From Candidatus Latescibacterota bacterium (GTDB lineage: Bacteria; Latescibacterota; UBA2968), in assembly GCA_965205975.1 (NCBI GenBank), contig OZ242195.1, positions 3,744,001 through 3,808,000 of the forward strand: a stretch of 64,000 bases of DNA, read 5' to 3'. Numbering within the stretch: position 1 is the first letter of the stretch; every line of letters begins with the position of its first letter. Under the pieces are notes generated by a model that was not told the origin of the DNA, ran no database searches, and saw nothing but the letters and a program-made list of their open reading frames with translations. Positions 38,893-49,279 of the stretch are shown here, one piece after another. A program made the position numbers and the translations under genes.

Positions 38893-41055
38893 TTATCTCC
38901 GTCCGCGTCTCTTCCGCGCGCGTTTGGCGCGATTGTTGCGGCGATGCGGGATGTGTTTCAGCAGGTGAAAATCTATCCGCAGGCGTTGCTGGTCGAGTTG
39001 GGCGAGTTGTACCTGAACCGAATCGCCGAGTCGGAAAATCGTTCCCGTGGATTCACCGACGAGTGCGCCTTGCAACTCGTGGTAAATATAATAATCATCG
39101 TAGAGATATTTGACGTGAACCAGGCCCTCGATGAGAACAGCATTGAGTTGAACAAAAAAACCAATAGAACGCACATCGACGATAACAGCATCGAAACACT
39201 CGCCCATTTTGTCTTTCAAATACAGAATCTGCATAAGCCGAATAGCATCCCACTCGGCTTGTTGCGCAGCGATCTCGCGTTGCGTCGCCAGATCCCCGAT
39301 ATCGGGCAAGCGACGGGCGCGACGCGCCATCTGTCCGGGTGTGATCGCATCGTTGATCGCATCGCGCAAGATGCGGTGAAGAATCAAATCGGGGTAGCGT
39401 CGAATGGGCGATGTGAAATGCGTATAAGTATCGCAAGCCAGCCCAAAATGACCGACATTGTCGGGCGTGTACACGGCTTTTTTCATTGAACGCAACAGGC
39501 GATGGCTCAAAATATGACCGATAGGCTCATCCTTGAAATTGGCGAGAAACGCCTGGATGCTATCTATCCGCGAAGGATTGGAAAGACGATACCCCAGTGT
39601 TTTGGCCAGATCGCAAAACGCGGCGAGTTTTTCACCATCGGGCGGTTCGTGGACCCGATAGAGAATCGGGACGCCGCTATCGGCCATGCGCCGCGCGACA
39701 ATCTCATTGGCCAGAAGCATAAATTCTTCAATGAGTCGGTGGCTATTCAAACGGGCGCGGGGACGAATGTGAATTGGGTGGCCCTGATCATCGAGAATAA
39801 TACGGGGTTCGGGAATTTCAAAATCAATCGTACCCCTTGCCATGCGTTTCCCCGTCAGACATCTTCTCAGAGCCTCCATATGCATGAGAACATCGGTGTA
39901 TGGTTCGGCGGGATTATCGTGAATTGTATGCAAATCGCGGTCGAGCACTTGCTGAACCTCTTCATAAGACAGACTCGCTCGGCTGCGTATAACCGTCTCT
40001 GCAATTTGGGCGTCAATCAGCTTGCCTTCGGGGGTGATATACGCCAGAATACTCAGCGTTAGACGATCTTCACAGGGCTGTAAAGAACAGATATTTGCCG
40101 AGAGTTTTTCCGGCAACATGGGAATGACGCGATCGGGCAAATACACGCTACTACCGCGCGTGAGAGCTTCGTGGTCGAGAGACGAGCCTTCGGGAACATA
40201 GTAACTGACATCGGCAATATGAATGCCCAGACAATAGGTCTGATCATCGAGAACCTGGAGCGACACAGCATCGTCGTGATCGCGCGCATCGGCTGGATCA
40301 ATCGTAAAACAGACCAAATCGCGCAAATCGAGGCGACGGTCAATCTCCTCTGTGGGAATACCTTCTGGAATCGCTTCTGTAGCATCGAGAACATGTTGCG
40401 GGAAAACGAGAGGAAGACCGAGTTTTTTGATGAGAATAAGGGTCTCAATCCCCGCATCGTCCGCATTGCCCAGAACCTCGACAATCCGCCCATCGGGATG
40501 GGCATTGGGCGAGGAATATGTGAAACGCACAACCACCTTTTGCCCCGCCTTAGCGCCGCAGGTCAGGTCATCGGGGATATGAACGCGTCCGCGGATACGC
40601 GGATCGTCGGAAGTGACGAGAGAAACGCCATCATACGTACCCACCATTGTTTGCTCGGCGCGTTCCACAATGCGAATCAACTCGCCTTCTGCGCGATCGC
40701 TGCCCTGTGCCTTGCGCGTGAGGCGCGCCACAGCGCGGTCGCCGTGTCGCGCACGCCTCATGTATCTCGCACCGATAAAAATATCTGCGCCGCCATCTTC
40801 GGGCGCGAGCAGACCATATCCACTGGCCTGGACACTGATGCGACCGACGACGAGATTGTGTTCAGACGGAATCCCATAACGGCTGTGGCGCAATTTTACG
40901 AGGTCACCATCGCGCACCATGCCGCGAATCAGGCGGCGAAAATCTGAATAAGCCCGATCAGAAACGCGAAGAGCGCGAGCAAGTTCCCTGATCTTGAGCG
41001 GACGCCTGTGTTGTTGGCGCACAAAATTCAGTACCTGATCGCGAGAGACAGACAT
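38893..41055 (-). CDS. rnr: Ribonuclease R
   Basis: TIDP.DARDHDDA, HIADVS, IEEFMLLAN, HFTSPIRRYPDL, S1 domain, basic tail; start set at MSVSRDQV. Confidence 0.93.
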   Translation of the reverse strand: MSVSRDQVLNFVRQQHRRPLKIRELARALRVSDRAYSDFRRLIRGMVRDGDLVKLRHSRYGIPSEHNLVVGRISVQASGYGLLAPEDGGADIFIGARYMRRARHGDRAVARLTRKAQGSDRAEGELIRIVERAEQTMVGTYDGVSLVTSDDPRIRGRVHIPDDLTCGAKAGQKVVVRFTYSSPNAHPDGRIVEVLGNADDAGIETLILIKKLGLPLVFPQHVLDATEAIPEGIPTEEIDRRLDLRDLVCFTIDPADARDHDDAVSLQVLDDQTYCLGIHIADVSYYVPEGSSLDHEALTRGSSVYLPDRVIPMLPEKLSANICSLQPCEDRLTLSILAYITPEGKLIDAQIAETVIRSRASLSYEEVQQVLDRDLHTIHDNPAEPYTDVLMHMEALRRCLTGKRMARGTIDFEIPEPRIILDDQGHPIHIRPRARLNSHRLIEEFMLLANEIVARRMADSGVPILYRVHEPPDGEKLAAFCDLAKTLGYRLSNPSRIDSIQAFLANFKDEPIGHILSHRLLRSMKKAVYTPDNVGHFGLACDTYTHFTSPIRRYPDLILHRILRDAINDAITPGQMARRARRLPDIGDLATQREIAAQQAEWDAIRLMQILYLKDKMGECFDAVIVDVRSIGFFVQLNAVLIEGLVHVKYLYDDYYIYHELQGALVGESTGTIFRLGDSVQVQLAQLDQQRLRIDFHLLKHIPHRRNNRAKRARKRRGRR

Positions 41056-41176
41056 ATTTTTTATAGGGACCAATAGCAGACAAACAGGCGGGAGATATGG
41101 TGGCGATGTGTGAACGAAATCATTATACTGCTGAGGATAACTCAAGGCAAATATACAGAAAGGGGGCGAAAAAGCA

Positions 41177-42262
41177 ATGCAAAACCTCTACCGGCTAATC
41201 GCAATAGCTCTCTTGTGCTTTGGGGGATGCGCCGCGCAATATGTTCTGGCACCCGACGGGGAATACGATTATCGCGTGCCCGTTGGGCGAGGTGATGCCC
41301 GGGCGGGATTTGAAACCCTATTTGCTTCCACCGTAAAAGTCGTGTGGACACCCCAATATACCAACGTGTTTTACACGCATGATATGAGAAACGACAGAGG
41401 CTTATTGCTCCATTTGCCTTTAAGAGATGAAAACAGCCCAACTGGCTATCGGCTATTGCGAAATGGCATCCGCGAAACCGTCGATTCTTATTCCAAAGTG
41501 GGCACCGCGCTCGTGATTTCGCGACAATCTGTGGCCAATCAATACAATGTGGCAGTTGCACTGACAAATGCACATCTGGTAACAGCACCGGATACCATTC
41601 GGTATTTCATGCGGGACGCCCGGGGCATGGAAACAACGGTACTCGAACAGATCTCCATTAAAATCAGCACCTCATTGCACGTGGTCAATCGCGATGGCGA
41701 ACGCATCTCTGCGAAAATCGTGCGCCTCGATCCCGGAGCAGACCTATCTTTGCTCAAACTCAACATTCCCCATTTGATGAAAAAACCATGGCCTTTTTTG
41801 CTGCGACTGGGCAAAACATCGGATCTGCAATGGGGCAATTTTGTCTATATCGCAGGTCATCCAAAAAATAAGATGCATCTCACTGCGGGCACCGTGAGTT
41901 TAGACGAAGACGACGATCGGTTTTTTGTCGATGCGCCCATCCGTGCGGGCTACAGTGGCGGGCCTGTGGTCGCCGTACGAGATGGCTTGCCCAATTTTGA
42001 ACTCGTGGGCCTTTGTCGGGGCGCCACAACAGAAACATTCCGCTTGTTGGTGCCCCACCAGAGATTGAATGAAGGTGCGACATTATCGCCCGACTTGCTC
42101 GATCAAATCTCGGTTGAAGAGCGCGAGATGGTGGAACCCGGTCTGGGTATTATCGTGGGCATAGAAGCCGTCAAACGGTTTTTATTGGACAGTCGCGAAC
42201 AGCTTCGCGAGAACGGTGTAGATATCAAAACCGATGCGGCATTGCGAATGTGGGGATTTTGA
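41177..42262 (+). CDS. Trypsin-like serine protease lipoprotein
   Basis: Lipobox FGGC; catalytic triad motifs LTNAHLV, ADLSLL, GYSGGP. Confidence 0.8.
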   Translation: MQNLYRLIAIALLCFGGCAAQYVLAPDGEYDYRVPVGRGDARAGFETLFASTVKVVWTPQYTNVFYTHDMRNDRGLLLHLPLRDENSPTGYRLLRNGIRETVDSYSKVGTALVISRQSVANQYNVAVALTNAHLVTAPDTIRYFMRDARGMETTVLEQISIKISTSLHVVNRDGERISAKIVRLDPGADLSLLKLNIPHLMKKPWPFLLRLGKTSDLQWGNFVYIAGHPKNKMHLTAGTVSLDEDDDRFFVDAPIRAGYSGGPVVAVRDGLPNFELVGLCRGATTETFRLLVPHQRLNEGATLSPDLLDQISVEEREMVEPGLGIIVGIEAVKRFLLDSREQLRENGVDIKTDAALRMWGF

Positions 42263-42302
42263 ATCCACGGGGATATGTATTATATTGTCGGACGGATTTT
42301 TT

Positions 42303-42328
42303 GTAGGGGCGCCCCCCTGTGGTCGCCC
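42303..42328 (+). repeat. GTAG REP type A
   Basis: GTAGGGGCGCCCCCCTGTGGTCGCCC. Confidence 0.85.
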
Positions 42329-42354
42329 GCTGACCTTTTCACAAGGAGATCAAT

Positions 42355-42807
42355 ATGAAACATTTTACCATTTCTTTACTGAGCGTATTCCTTCTTCCCG
42401 TTCTCGTCGGGGCGCACTGCGAAATACCGTGTGGGATCTATGGCGATGAGGGTCGGTTTGCTCTGCTATTGGAAAACGCGACCACCATTGAAAAATCGAT
42501 GAATGAAATCAACAAATTGTCGGGAGAAAGCGAAAACAACAACAACCAGATCGTGCGGTGGGTCGTCAACAAAGAGCACCATGCCGATCAGATTCGCGAT
42601 ATTGTCGCACAATACTTCCTGGCACAGCGGATCACAGAACCCGCGGAAGGGGATACCGCCGCGGCAAAAGCCTATACTGAAAAACTAATAGCCCTGCACA
42701 AAATCATCCGCACGGCAATGAAGTGCAAACAAACCACAGACCCGAAAAACGCGCAGACCTTGCGCGATCACATAAACGCTTTTCAGGTGCTCTACAACGC
42801 AAAATAA
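42355..42807 (+). CDS. sodN: Nickel superoxide dismutase with a Sec signal peptide
   Basis: Ni-hook HCEIPCGIY directly after a signal peptide ending VGA; RWV..KE.HA; YFLAQRI. Confidence 0.9.
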   Translation: MKHFTISLLSVFLLPVLVGAHCEIPCGIYGDEGRFALLLENATTIEKSMNEINKLSGESENNNNQIVRWVVNKEHHADQIRDIVAQYFLAQRITEPAEGDTAAAKAYTEKLIALHKIIRTAMKCKQTTDPKNAQTLRDHINAFQVLYNAK

Positions 42808-42813
42808 AGGACC

Positions 42814-42839
42814 GGGACGGCACAGGAGCCTGCCCCTAC
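42814..42839 (-). repeat. GTAG REP type B (reverse)
   Basis: GGGACGGCACAGGAGCCTGCCCCTAC. Confidence 0.8.
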
Positions 42840-42861
42840 GAGATCTCGGGCGGTACCCACC

Positions 42862-42894
42862 CGTCACCGCGGCATGATGTTGAGCCGCGATCCA
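42862..42894 (+). repeat. CGTC-type palindromic repeat
   Basis: CGTCACCGCGGCATGATGTTGAGCCGCGATCCA; 3 mismatches to the reverse complement of 54780-54812. Confidence 0.8.
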
Positions 42895-42898
42895 ATTT

Positions 42899-42934
42899 AT
42901 GGGACAATCTCGATTGAGATTGTCCCATTTTTTT
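42899..42934 (+). terminator. Intrinsic terminator after sodN
   Basis: atgggacaatctc-gatt-gagattgtcccat plus T-run. Confidence 0.8.
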
Positions 42935-42942
42935 ATTTTTTC

Positions 42943-42971
42943 TTGCGCTACTGAATGGTCTTTGATATATT
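42943..42971 (+). promoter_or_regulatory. Putative sigma70 promoter of groESL
   Basis: TTGCGC-N17-TATATT just upstream of CIRCE. Confidence 0.6.
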
Positions 42972-42981
42972 CTCCGCCCCA

Positions 42982-43008
42982 TTAGCACTCGACAGGTGAG
43001 AGTGCTAA
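42982..43008. promoter_or_regulatory. CIRCE element (HrcA operator)
   Basis: Exact TTAGCACTC-N9-GAGTGCTAA. Confidence 0.95.
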
Positions 43009-43057
43009 AAATATCATCCGTTCATTTCACTCCACCTCGCATAAGGAGGCTATAACA

Positions 43058-43348
43058 ATGGCGAAGGTGAAACCCCTCGGGGATCGCGTGCTGGTTAAAC
43101 CTGTTGAAGAAGACGAACAGGTCAAGGGTGGCATCATCATTCCCGATACGGCCAAAGAAAAACCCCAGCGGGGCGAAATCGTGGCCGTTGGCGATGGCAA
43201 ACCCGACGATTCGGGCAACCGGATCCCGTTGGCGGTCGCATCCGGCGACACAGTACTTTACGGCAAGTATTCAGGCACAGAAGTCCGTCTGGACGACGAA
43301 GACTATCTGATCATGCCCGAAGGCGATATTTTAGCGATCATTGATTAA
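43058..43348 (+). CDS. groES: Co-chaperonin GroES
   Basis: [29 protein letters not shown]. Confidence 0.97.
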   Translation: MAKVKPLGDRVLVKPVEEDEQVKGGIIIPDTAKEKPQRGEIVAVGDGKPDDSGNRIPLAVASGDTVLYGKYSGTEVRLDDEDYLIMPEGDILAIID

Positions 43349-45016
<1,668 letters not shown>

Positions 45017-45031
45017 GCAATCAGTCTTTCG

Positions 45032-45065
45032 AAAAAAGGGACACTCAATTGGGTGTCCCTTTTTT
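45032..45065 (+). terminator. groEL terminator
   Basis: aaaaaagggacactc-aatt-gggtgtccctttttt. Confidence 0.8.
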
Positions 45066-45217
45066 ATGTACAGTACATATCTTTCACCATATCGCTCATT
45101 CATCGCTCAAATTTTACACTTTTTTGCCAACGCTTGTCCTCCTCTATCCTCGCCCCAACAGGCAATTCTCAAATTCGAGTTGTAAACAAGACCACAATAC
45201 TGCATATTGGAGGCATA

Positions 45218-45298
45218 ATGAGGTGCCTGAACTTTTTTCGAGCCTTTTTATCGCTTAATTTTGTGATAATTGCATTTTTTGGCCTGATATTTGCTTGA
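45218..45298 (+). CDS. Candidate 26-aa hydrophobic peptide
   Basis: GGAGG RBS then ATG; MRCLNFFRAFLSLNFVIIAFFGLIFA*. Confidence 0.35.
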   Translation: MRCLNFFRAFLSLNFVIIAFFGLIFA

Positions 45299-45356
45299 GT
45301 TCTGACTGTTGTGTTTGTCTAAAATACGACCACCCTTCAGAACAAAGGAAGCAGAA

Positions 45357-45740
45357 GTGTCAGACGACCACAATTCAATTAAAGAATATAAAGGCATTCT
45401 GGGACAGATCACTTCACCCCTGATATTTTTTGCTCTGGCACTTCTGGTCATTGAAGGAATCATTGGAATTACGGTTGTTCAATCAAAACTCGACGCTATA
45501 CAGCAATTCTACATGATTCTTGTTATGGCCTTTCTATTTCTATCTGTTGTCGGCCTCGTTGCATGGATTACTGTGAAATATCCGTTGAACTTAATGGATA
45601 AAGTTGATGAAAATTTGAAACGCAATGAACTGATGGAAACGCTCCTTGGAAGTGACATGTTCAAAGACGCTGTTATCGACATCGTATCGGATATTGTCCA
45701 GGGGCCACAATCAAAGGAAAAAGAAAATGGATCAAAATGA
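45357..45740 (+). CDS. Hypothetical two-TM membrane protein
   Basis: AAGGA RBS before GTG 45357; two hydrophobic helices; AT-rich island. Confidence 0.65.
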   Translation: MSDDHNSIKEYKGILGQITSPLIFFALALLVIEGIIGITVVQSKLDAIQQFYMILVMAFLFLSVVGLVAWITVKYPLNLMDKVDENLKRNELMETLLGSDMFKDAVIDIVSDIVQGPQSKEKENGSK

Positions 45741-45996
45741 ACAGGGAACGATAAAGGAAATTGTCAAAGTAATCTATCACTCCAGAGGTGACTGGCGCAC
45801 GCCAGGGGGCATTGCAAGAGATCTCAAAATATCTCCTGAAACAGTCATCCAAATCGTCAAAAGCCATCCCGAATTTTTTATTTTAGCGAGCGACGAACGG
45901 GCGAAATATGTTATCCGTTTCGGTGGTCTCGATGCCGTGTCACTCACTGATAGTGCGCGAAATTTATATCTTCAGGAGCTAACGCTGAGTTCATAG
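45727..45996 (+). CDS. Hypothetical small winged-helix-like protein
   Basis: WRTPGGIARDLKISPETVIQIV HTH-like segment; overlaps the upstream gene by 14 nt. Confidence 0.6.
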   Translation: MDQNEQGTIKEIVKVIYHSRGDWRTPGGIARDLKISPETVIQIVKSHPEFFILASDERAKYVIRFGGLDAVSLTDSARNLYLQELTLSS

Positions 45997-46020
45997 CTCA
46001 CAACACATCTCGCCCTATCT

Positions 46021-47316
46021 TCAATCTTTCAGAACAAAAAACACCCGATTATTGATCACCTCGCCTGTCTCTTTATCTGGATAACGGGATTCCCCATCAA
46101 AAAAAACAAAAGGCGGGTATTGCCCTGCGAGAATGGTATTGGCGCCAGTGGGCCGTTCCAGATTCGCCTCGTTAAAAATCGCATCCTCGGGCAAAGCGAG
46201 TTGCGACTTCCAATCCCCATCCTGCAAAGTCAACCAGACCAGACGTTTATCCTCTGTCTCCCAGTTCAATTCACGCAGGGGCTTGCCCTCATTCCAGCCC
46301 CTCCCAAGGGGCTGAAGCTCAAGCAAAGCATACAGAGTACCCGCTTCATCCATACTAAACGCACCCCGGCATCCCGTCGGTCGGTGATCTGGAAAACCCG
46401 CATCAATGGACGCTCGCTGCCAGACACCCAGTGCATCGGGCCGGGCATAAACGATCTCGCCCGGCTCATCCAGATGAGAAACATAGAGAATATGTGGACC
46501 CTCAGAAGAAACCACAATACAACCCTGTGAGAGCACCTCGGGACGGGGCATAGGTTCGTGGCGCTCATCCTCCTCAGTCCGAACGAGAACATCGAGCTGC
46601 TCGGGCCGCGCTGGCAATTCGATGCGCGTACCATCGGCTCTCTCCCAGGTCCCTCCACCATCCCGACTACACATATAACACACAGCCTGATGTAACCCGC
46701 GCTGATCGTAGATTCCCCTCCCCTCGTAAAAATCTATCACAAGATGAAGAACGCCATCTGCACCGACAGCCATACCAGTCTGGAAAGCACCGTAACCCGT
46801 ATAATCCTCACGCCTCTTGACCAATTTCCCGCGTGCTTCCCAGGCACCATCTCTCCTCTTAGAATAAAAATCCACACCATCCCAGCGATTGGGAGACCGC
46901 ATAGTTAAATAAAGCGTATCGTCCAAACCGCACACAACAACCGGATAGGTCCCCGAACCGGCCGGCTCTCCCTCTGTCCATTCACTCGCATCATTGGCAC
47001 GCACCGACCGCCGATACGTCACCGGCGAATTATGACCACTCATAATAGCCTGCAAATAGCCCTGATGGTCAATAGTCATAACCGGACGCGCGTGATTGTC
47101 GCGTCCCTTATTAAAAGTCAACGGCCTTGACCATTCCCCAGTATCGCGATCAAAAGTGCAAACCCTGTTGAAATAGCCCTCACCTGTAACATCCTGCCAG
47201 ACCACATGCGTTCTACCCTCGTACGTAACAACCTTATTCCCCGCGCCAGAAGTCGCGCGCTCACTGCCAATTTGAGAAATTAATCTGGTCACATCGAACT
47301 CCCTCGAGTGTATCAT
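46021..47316 (-). CDS. BNR-4 repeat (beta-propeller) protein
   Basis: DNHARP...D..GYL....GH; Asp-box SRDGGGTW. Confidence 0.8.
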   Translation of the reverse strand: MIHSREFDVTRLISQIGSERATSGAGNKVVTYEGRTHVVWQDVTGEGYFNRVCTFDRDTGEWSRPLTFNKGRDNHARPVMTIDHQGYLQAIMSGHNSPVTYRRSVRANDASEWTEGEPAGSGTYPVVVCGLDDTLYLTMRSPNRWDGVDFYSKRRDGAWEARGKLVKRREDYTGYGAFQTGMAVGADGVLHLVIDFYEGRGIYDQRGLHQAVCYMCSRDGGGTWERADGTRIELPARPEQLDVLVRTEEDERHEPMPRPEVLSQGCIVVSSEGPHILYVSHLDEPGEIVYARPDALGVWQRASIDAGFPDHRPTGCRGAFSMDEAGTLYALLELQPLGRGWNEGKPLRELNWETEDKRLVWLTLQDGDWKSQLALPEDAIFNEANLERPTGANTILAGQYPPFVFFDGESRYPDKETGEVINNRVFFVLKD

Positions 47317-47322
47317 ATCCTG

Positions 47323-47398
47323 AACCGCTCAAAAATCGAACGCGGATTAAGCGGATGACGCGGAAATACGCGGATTATAAACTAAACCGCTCAAAAAT
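47323..47398. repeat. CGCGGAT microrepeat arm between 14-bp direct repeats of the sialidase 3' end
   Basis: AACCGCTCAAAAAT at 47323-47336 and 47385-47398 flanking cgcggattaagcggatgacgcggaaatacgcggatt. Confidence 0.8.
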
Positions 47399-48400
47399 TA
47401 GATACTGATACGAATGTTCTTCTCCCGCCTCATACAAACACCCAACATCGCCATCGGGTAACAGAGCCAGACAGGAATACGCTGCCGGACCCTCGTGCAA
47501 CAGCTTTTCCCGGACCCACGTCTGCCCGCCATCCTCGCTCAAACGCACAGTCATATTCACGCGCTCGCCTCTTCCCTTCCCCGGAAAAAACCGCTCTCCA
47601 GATTCGGGACTTTCTACCGGCGTAAGCGACACCGGATTTGAAAAAAACAACCGGTCCCCTTCGCCTACCAAACTCGCCTGACATTTCGGACACGGCAAAT
47701 TCTCATCGTGTACAACCTCTGACCAATTGTGTCCCCCATCCCCACTCACCGAAATCCCCCGCAACCCTTCGCTATACGTCTGCATCCGAATATTCATCTT
47801 CAACGATCCATCCGCCAATTCCACAACCTGACACTCATTCGCCCCCGGCGCGATCAACGCGCTCAATTGCCACGTTGCCCCGTGGTCATCGCTATAAATC
47901 GCATGCGAACCATTGCCATAAGTCTCATCCTCCCGATGATCGCACGGAATCACCAGCCGCCCCCTGTGCTCCCCTCTTTGCAATTGAATACCAACACCCG
48001 GACCCGTCGCATACCAATTCCACGAAGGCTTCTTCACAACCGCAGTAATCTCCACAGGATCTGCCCACGTATTCCCATCATCCCCACTATGCGTAATAAA
48101 CACATCGTCATTCTCCCGACAAAACGGCAACCAGATCACACCCGTATCACCATCCACCACGGGACACGGATTGCCAATCGTCACCTCCCCAGGCTCCCCG
48201 TAAATCAACAACTGTTCAGACCACGTCTCCCCACCGTCCTCTGACCGCTTCACCAGCAAATCCAGATCTCCGTGATCTCCCCGCCCGGTGCGCCGCCCCT
48301 CGCAAAACGCCAGCAGTGTCCCCGCCTTTGTCACCAGCAATGCCGGAATGCGATACGTGTGATATCCATCTTGTCCACTAATAAATACATATGTTTTCAT
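47375..48400 (-). CDS. Exo-alpha-sialidase (GH33), no signal peptide
   Basis: YRIP motif, several SxDGGxTW Asp boxes, NECQ, AAYSCL, LYE. Confidence 0.9.
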   Translation of the reverse strand: MKTYVFISGQDGYHTYRIPALLVTKAGTLLAFCEGRRTGRGDHGDLDLLVKRSEDGGETWSEQLLIYGEPGEVTIGNPCPVVDGDTGVIWLPFCRENDDVFITHSGDDGNTWADPVEITAVVKKPSWNWYATGPGVGIQLQRGEHRGRLVIPCDHREDETYGNGSHAIYSDDHGATWQLSALIAPGANECQVVELADGSLKMNIRMQTYSEGLRGISVSGDGGHNWSEVVHDENLPCPKCQASLVGEGDRLFFSNPVSLTPVESPESGERFFPGKGRGERVNMTVRLSEDGGQTWVREKLLHEGPAAYSCLALLPDGDVGCLYEAGEEHSYQYLIFERFSL

Positions 48401-48499
48401 CTTTTCTCCTTATTGGGTCTTGAAAGCGATGGCAAAAGAAGATATATTTATGAAAATTTGATACCTGTTTGACACCATCAATCAGATTGGAAATAAAAA

Positions 48500-48787
48500 A
48501 TGCTAACCGTCAAAGATGCTGTACAGAAAGCCTTTTTGTTTGTTCAAGATATTTTTGGTCCTGAAATTTATCAGCTTGAATTAGAAGAAACCGAGCTTTC
48601 AGAAGACGAAAAATATTGGTTAATCACCGTAAGTTTTGATGTACCATTCGAGGCAGTACCAGCCAGCCAGTTAATCCTCGGTTCAAAAGAACCGAAGACC
48701 AAGTTTAAAACAATGAAAATTGATATAGAAACCGGAAAAGTCATATCTATGAAAATCAGGGAGGTATATGAACCAGCAAATCAATGA
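48500..48787 (+). CDS. Small acidic protein upstream of a PIN gene (putative antitoxin)
   Basis: 95 aa, LEE.ELSED..YWLIT.SF...ID.ETG.V.SMKIRE; overlaps the PIN gene. Confidence 0.65.
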   Translation: MLTVKDAVQKAFLFVQDIFGPEIYQLELEETELSEDEKYWLITVSFDVPFEAVPASQLILGSKEPKTKFKTMKIDIETGKVISMKIREVYEPANQ

Positions 48788-49274
48788 AATTTTTGATCGC
48801 TATCAGCAATCCGGTATTCTTATCGATACGAATATTCTGCTCCTTTACTTCGTCGGATCTTATGATATTCAACAGATATCCAGATTTAAACGAACAAAAC
48901 AATTTGTGACAGAAGATTACAAGTTATTAACGCGCATCTGGACTTCTTTCAAAAAAATTGTCACAACACCCCATATACTCACTGAAGTCAGCAATTGGGG
49001 GAACCAACTTGCTCAACATCACTGGCCGGGCTTCTACGAACAATTTGCTTCAAAAATAAGACTCCTCGAAGAACACCATCAACCTGCTCAAGCCCTATCG
49101 CAAACCGAATACTTTTCTAAATTTGGACTAACAGATACGGGAATTATACAATTAGTTCAAGGACAATATCTCGTACTTACTGATGATTTTCGTTTATCCC
49201 AATACTTGCCAAAAATCCAGGTGGATGCAATTAATTTTAATCACATACGGATGTACAATTGGTCTAAGCCCTGA
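48768..49274 (+). CDS. PIN domain protein (VapC-like)
   Basis: LIDTNILL, TPHILTEV, GLTD, VLTDD. Confidence 0.85.
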   Translation: MNQQINEIFDRYQQSGILIDTNILLLYFVGSYDIQQISRFKRTKQFVTEDYKLLTRIWTSFKKIVTTPHILTEVSNWGNQLAQHHWPGFYEQFASKIRLLEEHHQPAQALSQTEYFSKFGLTDTGIIQLVQGQYLVLTDDFRLSQYLPKIQVDAINFNHIRMYNWSKP

Positions 49275-49279
49275 CACTA

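Noticed and set aside
38401..39489. 362-aa plus-strand ORF
   Set aside because: Antisense to rnr and the adjacent gene; no motifs; shadow ORF
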